64,000 nt of DNA from Dehalococcoidia bacterium. Lineage in GTDB: Bacteria; Chloroflexota; Dehalococcoidia; Lucifugimonadales; UBA3495. Where the stretch lies: NCBI GenBank assembly GCA_965204865.1, contig OZ242027.1:3011986-3075985 (forward strand), given 5' to 3'. Every line of letters starts with the position of its first letter. Position 1 is the stretch's first letter. Position numbers and translations under genes: made by a program. Below, piece after piece: positions 1 through 9,275 of this stretch. The notes beneath the pieces were generated by a model. That model made no database searches, had not been told where the DNA came from, and worked only from the letters and a program-made list of their open reading frames with translations.

Positions 1-1
1 C

Positions 2-790
2 GAGTACCGCGACGACGACCACGACGACACCGAAAAGACCTTCCTGGGCCACACCGGCAACTTCAACGGCGAGGACATCGTTCGCATCATCAGCGAGCAT
101 CCCGCCTGCGCCGGTTTTATCGCCCGCCACCTCTACAACTTCTTCGTGGCCGACGAAGCGCAGGTCCCCGCCTGGTCGGTGACCCCTCCCAACGACCCGG
201 AGGCCGTCGAGGCCATCGCCAACGCCCTGCGCGAAAACGACTACGACATGAAGGCTGCCCTGCGGCTCATCTTCAACTCCGACTTCTTCAAGAACGCCCG
301 CTTCGCCCGCCTCAAGAACCCCACCGAGGTCGTGGTCGGCACGCTGCGCATGGTGGGCGGCGCCGAGTTCCCGGCCCCCGGCATTGGCGACCTGTCCCGC
401 CAGCCCAGCTACATGGGCCAGGACCTGCTCAACCCGCCCAGCGTGGAAGGCTGGCACACCGGCGCCGAGTGGATTAACAGCGGCTCCCTGATGCGCCGCG
501 TCAACTTCACCGCCGACCTGGTGGGCGACGTTTCCCGCCCCGGCATCCGCTACATGGTTGACCGCCTCCAGGCCCAGGGCGTCCGCACCGCCGCCGAAGC
601 CGTGGACGGCTGCCTCGACCTGATGGGCCCGCTGGAAGTCACCAGCGAGAGCCGCGACGAGCTCATCGGCTTCGTCGGTGAGGGCGGCGAGTTCGCTTGG
701 GGCGCCGAGGGCGAAGTGGCCGATTCCACCCGCCGCGTCTCGGAGCTTTTGCAGCTCATCGTCTCCCTGCGTGAGTACCAGTACGCCTAA
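2..790 (+). CDS. DUF1800 family protein, 5' truncated by the window edge
   Basis: Frame stays open to position 2 (EYRDDDHDDTEKTFLGHTGNFNGEDIVRIISEHPACAGFIARHLYNFFVADE...); followed by a DUF1501 gene, the usual partner. Confidence 0.8.
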   Translation, partial: EYRDDDHDDTEKTFLGHTGNFNGEDIVRIISEHPACAGFIARHLYNFFVADEAQVPAWSVTPPNDPEAVEAIANALRENDYDMKAALRLIFNSDFFKNARFARLKNPTEVVVGTLRMVGGAEFPAPGIGDLSRQPSYMGQDLLNPPSVEGWHTGAEWINSGSLMRRVNFTADLVGDVSRPGIRYMVDRLQAQGVRTAAEAVDGCLDLMGPLEVTSESRDELIGFVGEGGEFAWGAEGEVADSTRRVSELLQLIVSLREYQYA

Positions 791-906
791 CCGAGTTGGA
801 ATGCACGGGCGCGGGATCAGGATCCCGCGCCTGCCTGAACCGGTCAAGCAATCAAGAAGTCGCCCCGCCATTAGTACAAGAGACGGCGGCAGGAGGAAAT
901 ACAAGA

Positions 907-2034
907 ATGACCAGCACCAAGAAAGACCCGGTCCTGGTAGTGTTCCAGCTCACCGGGGGCAACGACTACCTGAACACCGTCATCCCATACAGCAACCCGC
1001 TGTACCGGGACAACCGCCCCGCCGTGGGCATCGCCGAAGAGCGCGTCATCCAGATTGACGACAAGATTGGCTTCCACCCGGAGATGGCCCCGCTGAAGCA
1101 CGTCTACGACCGCGGCGACATGGCCATCGTCCACGGCATCGGCTATGCCAACTCCCCCCGCTCCCACTTCCGCTCCATGGACATCTGGCACACCTGCGAG
1201 CCGGACAAGCTGGGAACCGAGGGCTGGCTGGGCCGCGCCACCCGCGACATAGACCCCAACAAGGAAAACGTCCTGACCACCGTCAGCTTCGGCCCCTCCC
1301 TGTTCCGCGCCCTGGCCCTGCCCGGCGTGCCGGTGGCGGTCGTTGACGACCTGGACAACTACGGCCTGCTGCCCAACATCGCCGGCGAGCAGCGCAACAA
1401 GGTCCTTGACCGCTTCGCCCGGATGTACTCCCCGGCCATCGGCTCCGGCGCAGTCATGGACTACATGGGCCAGACCGGTCTCGACACCCTCGAGGGCGCC
1501 GACATCCTGAAGGAAGCCCCCAGAATTTACTCCTCCGATGTCGAGTACCCGGACACGCCCATCGCCAAGAAGCTGAAGGGCATCGCCCAGGTGCACATGG
1601 CCGATTTCGGCACCCGCGTCTTCTACGTTGACCACGGCAGCTTCGACAGCCACTCCAACCAGACCGGTATGCACGACAAGCTGTGGTTCGACGTTTCCCA
1701 CGCTCTCGACGCCTTCCTGGACGACCTGAAGGAGCACAACGTCGACGACAACGTCGTGGTGCTGATGTTCACCGAGTTCGGCCGCCGCACCCACGACAAC
1801 GGCTCCGGCACCGACCACGGCGCCGGCGGCGCAGCCTTCATGTTCGGCTCCGGCGTCAAGGGCGGCCAGTACAGCGAAATGCCCTCCATGGAAGAGAAGG
1901 ACTTGGAGCAGGGCGACGTCGTCCCCAACTACGACTACCGCGGCCTGTACACCACCGTCCTCGAAGACTGGATGGGCCTGGACGCCAAGCCCCTGGTGGG
2001 CGGAACCTACGAAAAGCTGCCCATCCTGGCCTAA
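907..2034 (+). CDS. DUF1501 family protein
   Basis: VLVVFQLTGGNDYLNTVIPYSNP...FTEFGRRTHDNGSGTDHGAGGAAFMFG; aggagg upstream of ATG at 907. Confidence 0.85.
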   Translation: MTSTKKDPVLVVFQLTGGNDYLNTVIPYSNPLYRDNRPAVGIAEERVIQIDDKIGFHPEMAPLKHVYDRGDMAIVHGIGYANSPRSHFRSMDIWHTCEPDKLGTEGWLGRATRDIDPNKENVLTTVSFGPSLFRALALPGVPVAVVDDLDNYGLLPNIAGEQRNKVLDRFARMYSPAIGSGAVMDYMGQTGLDTLEGADILKEAPRIYSSDVEYPDTPIAKKLKGIAQVHMADFGTRVFYVDHGSFDSHSNQTGMHDKLWFDVSHALDAFLDDLKEHNVDDNVVVLMFTEFGRRTHDNGSGTDHGAGGAAFMFGSGVKGGQYSEMPSMEEKDLEQGDVVPNYDYRGLYTTVLEDWMGLDAKPLVGGTYEKLPILA

Positions 2035-2067
2035 GCGCGCCAATCTTTCGGCAGAATCCAAGTGTAG

Positions 2068-2089
2068 GGGCGGGTTTTGATACCCGCCC
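2068..2089. terminator. Stem-loop between DUF1501 and NHL genes
   Basis: GGGCGGGT-tttgat-ACCCGCCC perfect inverted repeat; no clear T tract. Confidence 0.4.
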
Positions 2090-2129
2090 TTACGCCACAC
2101 GCTTCTACCCGTACAAGGGAGGATAATCA

Positions 2130-3194
2130 ATGCTAACGGAAACAGTGGCCGGCCGCACCTTCGATTACAGCCATAACGTGGGCCGCGGCGCGCAGACCGG
2201 CATGGGCTTCAACACCCCGGTGGCCCTGACCATCGGCCCCGACGGAGTGGTCTACGTCGCCAACCGCGGCAGCGAGTCCATCAGCAACGTGGGTTGGAAC
2301 CGCACCGGCGTTGGACAGCGCATCTCCAGGGTCACCCTCGGCGGCACCTGGGGCGAGGAAGAGTACCTGGGCGAGTTCAGCCGCTACGGCAACAACGACG
2401 GGCAGGTAATCTGGCCCGCCGGCATTGTTGCCGACAAGGACGGCAACCTCTATGTTGCCGACGAATGGCTCAACCGCATCTCGGTCTTCGACGCCGACGG
2501 CAACTACCAGCGCCACTTCTCCACCGTACCGGCCGACGACGCCGGGGAGAACGGAAGCTGCGGAATCGCCATCTCCACCGACGGTACTCTGTTCGTAACC
2601 GACGGGCGCAGCCATCAGGTCCGCAAGTTCACCACCGGCGGCGCATTCATCGGTTCCTTCGGCAGCAAGGGCTCCGGCGAGGGCGAGTTCGACTCCCCTT
2701 GGGGAATCACCATAGACAACAATGGCTATGTCTACGTGGCCGACTCCGGCAACCACCGGGTGCAGAAGCTGACCCAGGACGGGCAGTTCGTAGCCCAGTT
2801 CGGTCGCCCCGGCACCAAGCGCGGCGAAATCAACTACCCCTCCGACGTCGCTGTTGACCCCGAGGGCGATGTCTACGTCTGCGACTGGAGCGACAACCGC
2901 TGGGGCAAGGGTAGAGTCCACATCTTCGACGCCGACGGCAAGTTCCTGACCAGCCTGGTCGGCGACGCCCAGCAGCTCTCCGCCTGGGCGCAGATGACGG
3001 TGGACGCCAACGCCGACTACGCCAAGCGCCGCCGCGAGGTGCGCACTACCGAGCCGGAATGGACCTTCGCCCAGCCCACAGCCATCGAATACGACACCGA
3101 GAACAACAGGCTGATAGTGGTGGACACCCAGCGCAGCCGAATCCAGATCTACAACAAGCTCAGCCGCTACCTCATCCCTCAGCTCAACCTCTGA
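2130..3194 (+). CDS. NHL-repeat / six-bladed beta-propeller protein
   Basis: Repeated NHL units: GTLFVTDGRSHQVRKF, GYVYVADSGNHRVQKL, GDVYVCDWSDNR. Confidence 0.8.
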   Translation: MLTETVAGRTFDYSHNVGRGAQTGMGFNTPVALTIGPDGVVYVANRGSESISNVGWNRTGVGQRISRVTLGGTWGEEEYLGEFSRYGNNDGQVIWPAGIVADKDGNLYVADEWLNRISVFDADGNYQRHFSTVPADDAGENGSCGIAISTDGTLFVTDGRSHQVRKFTTGGAFIGSFGSKGSGEGEFDSPWGITIDNNGYVYVADSGNHRVQKLTQDGQFVAQFGRPGTKRGEINYPSDVAVDPEGDVYVCDWSDNRWGKGRVHIFDADGKFLTSLVGDAQQLSAWAQMTVDANADYAKRRREVRTTEPEWTFAQPTAIEYDTENNRLIVVDTQRSRIQIYNKLSRYLIPQLNL

Positions 3195-3226
3195 TCCCTT
3201 CCCTGCGAAAGCGCAGAAAAGCGAAA

Positions 3227-3261
3227 GTCCGCCGGGTTAGCTGCTAGGCCGCCCGGCGGAC
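3227..3261. terminator. Stem-loop between convergent genes
   Basis: GTCCGCCGGG...CCCGGCGGAC inverted repeat between the NHL gene and the minus-strand doc-like gene. Confidence 0.5.
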
Positions 3262-3287
3262 TCTTGCGTTAATTCCATCCAGCCCTT

Positions 3288-3680
3288 TCACAGGAATCGA
3301 CGGGGCAGCGGGCTGATATGCTCTTCCAGCCAAGGTAGGAGATTGACGAACCGCACGGTTCCCTCATCAAAGAGTTGCATAAAGAACTCGTAAGCCGCGA
3401 AGTCATCACAGTCAATGAAGAATCCGTTCAGGTTCAGAAATATCTCCGTTGCTGCAGTCGCGGTACGCTTGTTGCCGTCTACGAAGGGATGATTGTTGCA
3501 CAGACTCTCCATCAATGCTGCGGCTTCGGCTGCCAAGCTGTCATAGTATCCCATCCTGGGACGCGCAACAGCCGACGCCAACGCGCCCTCGTCCCGTACC
3601 CCAAAGGCGCCGCCAAACTCTCTAACCAGTTCGTCGTGGATGTGAATAACTTGTCCGATGGTGAGAAATTGACGTGTCAT
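3288..3680 (-). CDS. doc: Death-on-curing (Doc/Fic) family toxin
   Basis: HPFVDGNKRTATAATEIFLNLNG Fic motif; overlaps the upstream small ORF by 4 nt. Confidence 0.88.
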   Translation of the reverse strand: MTRQFLTIGQVIHIHDELVREFGGAFGVRDEGALASAVARPRMGYYDSLAAEAAALMESLCNNHPFVDGNKRTATAATEIFLNLNGFFIDCDDFAAYEFFMQLFDEGTVRFVNLLPWLEEHISPLPRRFL

Positions 3681-3907
3681 TGCGCAAGCAACTCATACAG
3701 GCGCCGATGGCGTTCGATACTGGCCCTGAGATGCGCGGCTACTTCAGGCCTCACTCCTTCGGATTGGTGGAGCCTGATGTAGACGAGTACGGCATCCTCA
3801 AGCACCGCCTGGAGGTCTCGCCCGTCATCGTTGGCGATTTGGCGCAGGCAGGTCAGCAGCGCGGCGTCAGCCTGGATGGTAACCTCTTCCCGATTCACTG
3901 TTGCCAT
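3677..3907 (-). CDS. Putative antitoxin of the Doc-type module
   Basis: 76-aa ORF directly upstream of and overlapping the Doc ORF; typical antitoxin-first order. Confidence 0.65.
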   Translation of the reverse strand: MATVNREEVTIQADAALLTCLRQIANDDGRDLQAVLEDAVLVYIRLHQSEGVRPEVAAHLRASIERHRRLYELLAQ

Positions 3908-3973
3908 TTCCCACCTCCATATAGCATCATCGTATCACATTGTCCTAGACCAACTTCAAGCGGGTAACAGCTT

Positions 3974-4297
3974 ATGGACCCAGACCGCGAGCAACACTTC
4001 CTTCGCATGGCGGCAGAGCAGCCCGACGTCCTCTGCGCCGACGCGCCGGACGAGATCCTCGAAGCCTGCGCCGTCGAGGTGGAGCCGACGGACTTCCTCG
4101 AACAGTATTTCGCCGCCGGGCATTCGGCCTGGCTGGCTCACAAGCATGGGCGGCGCATCAACAAGCCGCAAATCCTCGTTGACCAGGCCATCCTCGTACT
4201 CTACCGCCGCGCCTGCCTGCTCAACACCGCCCGTCTCATGGGACAGACCAGCGAATACGCCAACCAGCCCTTTTTCTCCGACGAAGAACTATATTAG
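3974..4297 (+). CDS. Hypothetical protein
   Basis: 107-aa ORF MDPDREQHFLRMAAEQPDVLCADAPDEILEACAVEV... Confidence 0.45.
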   Translation: MDPDREQHFLRMAAEQPDVLCADAPDEILEACAVEVEPTDFLEQYFAAGHSAWLAHKHGRRINKPQILVDQAILVLYRRACLLNTARLMGQTSEYANQPFFSDEELY

Positions 4298-4418
4298 CGG
4301 GCGGGTGGCCAGTCCCCTCTCCCTCCGGGAGAGGGTTAGGGTGAGGGCGTATCATCGAACCGCTCTGCGCCCACATCCCCTTCGTAGTACAATCATCGCA
4401 ATCCAAGTCCCTGGAGGA

Positions 4419-6077
4419 ATGATGCAGGGAAAGACTGCCATCGCCAACATTCTCAAGCAGGAAGGCGTGGAACTGGCCTTCTGCTTCCCCAACAACACGC
4501 TGATTGACGCCATTGCCGCCGCCGGCATCCGCCCGGTCATCGCCCGCATGGAGCGCGGCGCGGTCAACATGGCCGACGCATACAGCCGCATCAACAACGG
4601 CCACAAGACCGGCGTCTGCATCGTGCAGGCTGGCCCCGGCATCGAAAACGCCTTCCCTGGCGTGGCCCAGGCATACGCCGACAGCGTGCCCATCCTGATG
4701 CTCCCGGGACACGAAGGCTCCAGCCGTACCACCATGACCTCCGACTTCTCCGCCACTCGCAACTACGGCGGCGTAACCAAGTGGGCCGGAATGATTAACT
4801 CCCCGGAGCGGGTGCCGCAGATGCTGCGCCGCGCCTTCACCCAGCTCCGCGCCGGCCCTTCCGGTCCGGTAGTGCTGGAAACCCCCACGGACGTGATGAA
4901 CGGCGAGATTGACGAGTCCGACTTCTTCTACACCCCCATCACCAAGCGCCGCACCGCCGCCGACCCGGTGGACGCCGCGAGAGTGGCCCGCCGCCTGATG
5001 GACGCCGCCCGCCCGGTAATCTACGCCGGACAGGGCGTGCTTTACGCCGAGGCCACTCCGGAGCTGGTGGAGCTGTCGGAACTGCTCAACGCCCCGGTAA
5101 TGACCACCACCCTAGGCAAGAGCGGCTTCCCGGAGAACCACCCCCTGTCCCTGGGCACCGGCGGCAACACCGGCACCCGCGCCGTCGGCGAGTTCCTTCG
5201 CAAGTCCGACCTGGTATTCGGCATCGGCACCAGCTTCAACAAGACCCTGGCATCGGCCCCGGTGCCAGTGGGCAAGGCGATCATTCAGTCCACGGTGGAC
5301 GACCGCGACCTGAACGGGGAATACGGCCTCGAAGATATGCTCCTCGGCGACGCCAAGCTGGTGCTGCAACAGCTTATTGACGAGGTCAAGAACGCCCTCG
5401 GCGACAACGGACGGCGTCCTTCGACAGGCTCAGGACAATCGGAGACCGCCGCCGAAATAGCGTCCATCAAGCAGGAGTGGCTGGCCGAGTGGATGCCGCG
5501 CCTCACCTCCAACGACATTCCCATCAGCCCCTACCGCGTAGTCTGGGAACTGAACAACGGGCTGGACAAGGCCAACAGCATAGTCACCCACGACTCCGGC
5601 AACCCCCGCGACCAGATAGTGCCCTTCTACGAAGCCACCACGCCCCGCGGCTATATCGGCTGGGGCAACTCGACCCAGTTGGGCGCGGGCCTCGGCTACG
5701 CCATGGGCGCAAAGCTCGCCGCCCCGGAAAAGACCGTGGTCAACCTGATGGGCGACACCGCCGTAGGAATGTGCGGCACCGACTTCGAGACCGCCAGCCG
5801 CAACAAGATAGGCACCATCACGGTCATCATCAACAACGGCGCAATGGGCGGCTACGAAAAGAACATCCCCATCGCCGTCGAAAAATACGGCTCCAAGTTC
5901 CTCACCGGCGACTACACCAAGATGGCCGACAGCCTCGGCTGCCACGCCGAGACCATCACCCAGCCCGCCGACATCGCCCCGGCCCTCGCCCGCGCCCAAG
6001 ACATCGCCGCAGGCGGCCAGCCGGTGGTGCTGGAAATCATCACGCGGGAAGAGCCAGTGTTCTCGCGGTATTATTAG
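4419..6077 (+). CDS. Thiamine-pyrophosphate-requiring enzyme (acetolactate synthase-like)
   Basis: Three-domain TPP enzyme pattern; MGDTAVGMCGTDFETASRNKIGTITVIINNGAMGGY is the TPP-binding motif. Start at 4419 or 4422 after ctggagg; the longer track ORF is spurious at its 5' end. Confidence 0.85.
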   Translation: MMQGKTAIANILKQEGVELAFCFPNNTLIDAIAAAGIRPVIARMERGAVNMADAYSRINNGHKTGVCIVQAGPGIENAFPGVAQAYADSVPILMLPGHEGSSRTTMTSDFSATRNYGGVTKWAGMINSPERVPQMLRRAFTQLRAGPSGPVVLETPTDVMNGEIDESDFFYTPITKRRTAADPVDAARVARRLMDAARPVIYAGQGVLYAEATPELVELSELLNAPVMTTTLGKSGFPENHPLSLGTGGNTGTRAVGEFLRKSDLVFGIGTSFNKTLASAPVPVGKAIIQSTVDDRDLNGEYGLEDMLLGDAKLVLQQLIDEVKNALGDNGRRPSTGSGQSETAAEIASIKQEWLAEWMPRLTSNDIPISPYRVVWELNNGLDKANSIVTHDSGNPRDQIVPFYEATTPRGYIGWGNSTQLGAGLGYAMGAKLAAPEKTVVNLMGDTAVGMCGTDFETASRNKIGTITVIINNGAMGGYEKNIPIAVEKYGSKFLTGDYTKMADSLGCHAETITQPADIAPALARAQDIAAGGQPVVLEIITREEPVFSRYY

Positions 6078-6100
6078 GTCATTCCTTCTTGGAGAATGGC

Positions 6101-6832
6101 ATGGATGATTATGTCATCAGCAACTCCGGGGTTAAGGTGTGGAAAACCCCGGAGTCCCATCCATTGCTAAGACAAACCGACACAACTCATCCGGCGTTCA
6201 AGGACAAACTCGCTGAAATTTATTCAAGGGGGCGAGTGAAGGGGCTTCCAAGAATTTGCAGCGTGAATTCCGAGGATGCGAGAACTTGGCACTATTTCAG
6301 CCCACTATTCTCTGATAACCGGAGAAAAGAGCTGGAATTAACATCTTTGTTGCGTCAAGCATTCCCTGAAACTCTGACAGCCAAAGTGCTAGAAACTGTC
6401 CTGTGCGCCGGGTTTGAGTTTTGGCAAAAGATTAACCCACCACCCAGCCGCCTAATAAAGGAAGGCCCATCTGAGCCAGACCTGCTGATAACCTTGGGGC
6501 AACACGCTATCGCACTTGTTGAAGCGAAATATCTTTCCAACGTCAGTGAGAAAACCACCTACGATAAAACACGAGATCAAGTAATTCGACTACTTGACGT
6601 TGGTTCCTGGTACGCAAAACAAGGCGGATATGATTCCAGCTACGTCATCGTGCTGCAATACGGTGACGCCCAAACCAATGCTGAAGAAATCGTCAGCCGC
6701 TATGCTGGGAAACCGGAGGCTATTCAGCGAGCCTTGCCCTACCGAACTGATTTGACAGAAGCAGACTATCAGCGATTGTCCCGCTCAGTGGCCTTTGTGC
6801 GCTGGTCCAATCCGCTGGATGAAGAACAATGA
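6101..6832 (+). CDS. PD-(D/E)XK nuclease-like hypothetical protein
   Basis: EPDLLITLGQHAIALVEAKYLS (PD...EAK); noticeably lower GC than neighbours; ggag upstream of ATG 6101. Confidence 0.55.
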   Translation: MDDYVISNSGVKVWKTPESHPLLRQTDTTHPAFKDKLAEIYSRGRVKGLPRICSVNSEDARTWHYFSPLFSDNRRKELELTSLLRQAFPETLTAKVLETVLCAGFEFWQKINPPPSRLIKEGPSEPDLLITLGQHAIALVEAKYLSNVSEKTTYDKTRDQVIRLLDVGSWYAKQGGYDSSYVIVLQYGDAQTNAEEIVSRYAGKPEAIQRALPYRTDLTEADYQRLSRSVAFVRWSNPLDEEQ

Positions 6833-7578
6833 CCCGCACCGTAACCGACCCCGCCTCCGCCAACCGGGGCAGCCGCCGATGGCTGCAAGTCCTGGTCAAC
6901 TGCCGCCCCGGGCTGCTGGACGACGCGATTTGCCAGCGGCTGCCAGAGGCGCCCGGCGATATTGACTGGCGCTCGCCGGTGGCCGCCGACCACTATGCAG
7001 AGTACCGGGATCAGTCCTTCCTCGACCGGCTGGCCGGGTCGCCTTACTACCGTCCCCTGTCACAGGCGCAGCATGACCTGTCCGACTTCTGGCCCCGGTT
7101 CGGCCCGCAATGGGACGGCCTTGCCGTTACCGACAGGGGGCAGATTATCCTCGTCGAGGCGAAAGCCCACATCCCTGAGATGGTCACCGCTCCGGGGCAG
7201 GCGCGGGGAGAGACGGCGCGGCAGCGGATTCAGGACAGCCTGCAAACAGTCAAGTCCTTTGTAGAATCCAAGTCACCCGCCGACTGGTCGGCCAGCTTTT
7301 ACCAGTACGCCAACCGCCTGGCCCATCTGTACTGGCTGCGGGAGCTTAACGGCCACGACGCCTATCTGGTCAACCTGTTCTTTCTCAACGACTCCGAAAT
7401 GAACGGCCCCAAGTCCGTTGAAGAATGGCAGGCCGCCATCCGGTTGCAGGAAACGTTTATGGGAGTGCGCCAAGCCGCGCAGACCGGCTACGCGCTGCAC
7501 CCCTGGGTTGGAGCCTACGTCCTAGACGTGTTCATTGACACCAATGACATACCCGTCCGTTATCCGCCGCCAATTTAG
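6829..7578 (+). CDS. Second PD-(D/E)XK-like hypothetical protein
   Basis: WDGLAVTDRGQIILVEAKAHIPEM; ATGA overlap with the upstream gene. Confidence 0.55.
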   Translation: MTRTVTDPASANRGSRRWLQVLVNCRPGLLDDAICQRLPEAPGDIDWRSPVAADHYAEYRDQSFLDRLAGSPYYRPLSQAQHDLSDFWPRFGPQWDGLAVTDRGQIILVEAKAHIPEMVTAPGQARGETARQRIQDSLQTVKSFVESKSPADWSASFYQYANRLAHLYWLRELNGHDAYLVNLFFLNDSEMNGPKSVEEWQAAIRLQETFMGVRQAAQTGYALHPWVGAYVLDVFIDTNDIPVRYPPPI

Positions 7579-7598
7579 CCCGCAAAGGAGCTGCCGCC

Positions 7599-8792
7599 AT
7601 GCCAGAGAAGTTCAGCTACGATGGACTGTTCGCCGCCGGAGTGCCCGAAGTAGTGCCCGGCAAGACCCGCCACGCCAGGTACGACTTCGCCGTCGCCTAC
7701 CCTAACCCCGACACCCTGCCGCTGGACGGGCTGGCCGACGCGGTTCGCAGCGTGCTGTCGCGGGAGGGCCGCGACCTAGCCTACTACACTGACCCCGGCG
7801 GATACCTGCCCCTCCGGCAACTGGTGGCGGAGCGCCTGCGCGCCAGCCGCAACATGACCGTAGACCCCGAGGGCCTGGTTCTGACCGGCGGCTCCGGCGA
7901 GGCCATTTCCATGGTCATCCAGGCCCTCACCGACCCCGGCGACACGGTGTTGACCGAGGAGTTCCTGTACCTCGGCACCCTGCGCTCCCTGCGCCGCTAC
8001 AAGGCCAACGTGGTGGGCGTCAAGTGCGACGATGACGGCATCATCCCCGAAGACCTGGACGCCACCATCCAGCGGCTCAAGGGCGAGGGCCGCAAGGTCA
8101 AGTACCTCTACACCATCCCCACCTTCCAGAACCCCCTGGGCTGGACCATGACATTGGAGCGCCGCAAGAAGGTGCTGGAAGTCACCCGCCAGCACGGCGT
8201 CCCGGTGTTCGAGGACGACTGCTACATTGACCTGCGCTTCGAGGGCGAGGACGTCGCTTCCTTCCACTCGCTGGACGACACCGGGCAGGTGATTTACGTC
8301 GGCTCCTTCTCCAAGACCATCGCTCCGGGGATGCGCATGGGCTACCTGGTGGCCCCGCCCGAGGTCATCAGCCGCGCCTGGGCCTTCAAGATGGGCGGCG
8401 CCGTCAACCACTTCGCCGCCCTCACCATCGCCGAGTACATGAACCACGGCGACCTGGAAGGCCACGTGCGCGAGCAGAACGAAACGCTGCGGGCCAAGCG
8501 CGACGCCATGCTGGCCTCGCTGGGCGAAAACTTCGGCGACGCCGCCGCCTGGACCAAGCCCGAGGGCGGCCTCTACGTCTGGCTGACCCTGCCCCAAGGC
8601 GCAGACCTGGAAGCCATCCAAGAGCAGGCGTTCCAGGAAGGCGTCGGCTACTACTCCGGTGTGCCGTTCTCGCCCGAGGGCCGCGGACACAACTCCGCCC
8701 GCCTCTGTTTCGGCTACCCCACGCCGGAGGAAAACTATGAGGGCGTCGCCGAGCTGGCCCGCATCCTGGAACGCCACGGGGTCATGGGCTAG
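7599..8792 (+). CDS. PLP-dependent aminotransferase, class I/II (2-aminoadipate transaminase/MocR-like fold)
   Basis: YLPLRQLVAERLRASRNMTVDPEGLVLTGGSGEAI...YVGSFSKTIAPGMRMGYLVAP. Confidence 0.85.
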   Translation: MPEKFSYDGLFAAGVPEVVPGKTRHARYDFAVAYPNPDTLPLDGLADAVRSVLSREGRDLAYYTDPGGYLPLRQLVAERLRASRNMTVDPEGLVLTGGSGEAISMVIQALTDPGDTVLTEEFLYLGTLRSLRRYKANVVGVKCDDDGIIPEDLDATIQRLKGEGRKVKYLYTIPTFQNPLGWTMTLERRKKVLEVTRQHGVPVFEDDCYIDLRFEGEDVASFHSLDDTGQVIYVGSFSKTIAPGMRMGYLVAPPEVISRAWAFKMGGAVNHFAALTIAEYMNHGDLEGHVREQNETLRAKRDAMLASLGENFGDAAAWTKPEGGLYVWLTLPQGADLEAIQEQAFQEGVGYYSGVPFSPEGRGHNSARLCFGYPTPEENYEGVAELARILERHGVMG

Positions 8793-8798
8793 GGTGGC

Positions 8799-9275
8799 CT
8801 AACCCCGAGGCATCAACTCGATTCCCAGCCCGTTGGGGTCCCTCAAGTAGAGGGAATGGCCCACTTCCTGGTACTTGACCCGGTTGGCATCCAGCCGGGT
8901 CTTCACTTTCTCGAAACTGTCGCGAGGGATGGGCATGGCGATGTGCATCACGTTGCCCACTCCCTCGGGCGCGCGGCGTTGCAGCCGGGGAACGTCGGGG
9001 AAGTCGAAAAACGCCAGGGTCATGCCGTTGCCGATGGCCACGTTCATGTGGGTCGACTCGGCCACGTCCCGGTTGGGCGTCACCCGCGTCACCGGCATTC
9101 CCATCACCTCGCTGTAGAAGCGGGCGGTCTGCTCCAGGTCCTTGGCGAAGACCGCAATGTGGTCGACTCCGCCGGTGGGGGCATCGGCGGCGCCCTCGGC
9201 GGGAATCATCGCCTGCAGCCTTTCGCGCTTGGCCTCGATGTCTTGGGCAGATGCAGTCATGGCGTCCTCCATCAA
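8799..9275 (-). CDS. VOC (glyoxalase/bleomycin resistance) family protein
   Basis: GGVDHIAVFAKDLEQTARFYSEVMGMPV...YLRDPNGLGIELMPRG. Confidence 0.85.
   Translation of the reverse strand: MMEDAMTASAQDIEAKRERLQAMIPAEGAADAPTGGVDHIAVFAKDLEQTARFYSEVMGMPVTRVTPNRDVAESTHMNVAIGNGMTLAFFDFPDVPRLQRRAPEGVGNVMHIAMPIPRDSFEKVKTRLDANRVKYQEVGHSLYLRDPNGLGIELMPRG

Noticed and set aside
871-2130. Long antisense ORF (419 aa)
   Set aside because: Antisense of the DUF1501 gene in GC-rich DNA; composition low-complexity and no family resemblance. Same reasoning applies to 7776..8777, 29348..30529, 33150..34118, 38613..40085, 52182-area and 11439..12935 ORFs.
3831-4418. 5' extension of the TPP-enzyme ORF
   Set aside because: Translated extension overlaps the 3974..4297 ORF and does not resemble TPP enzymes; a good ribosome-binding site precedes 4419/4422.
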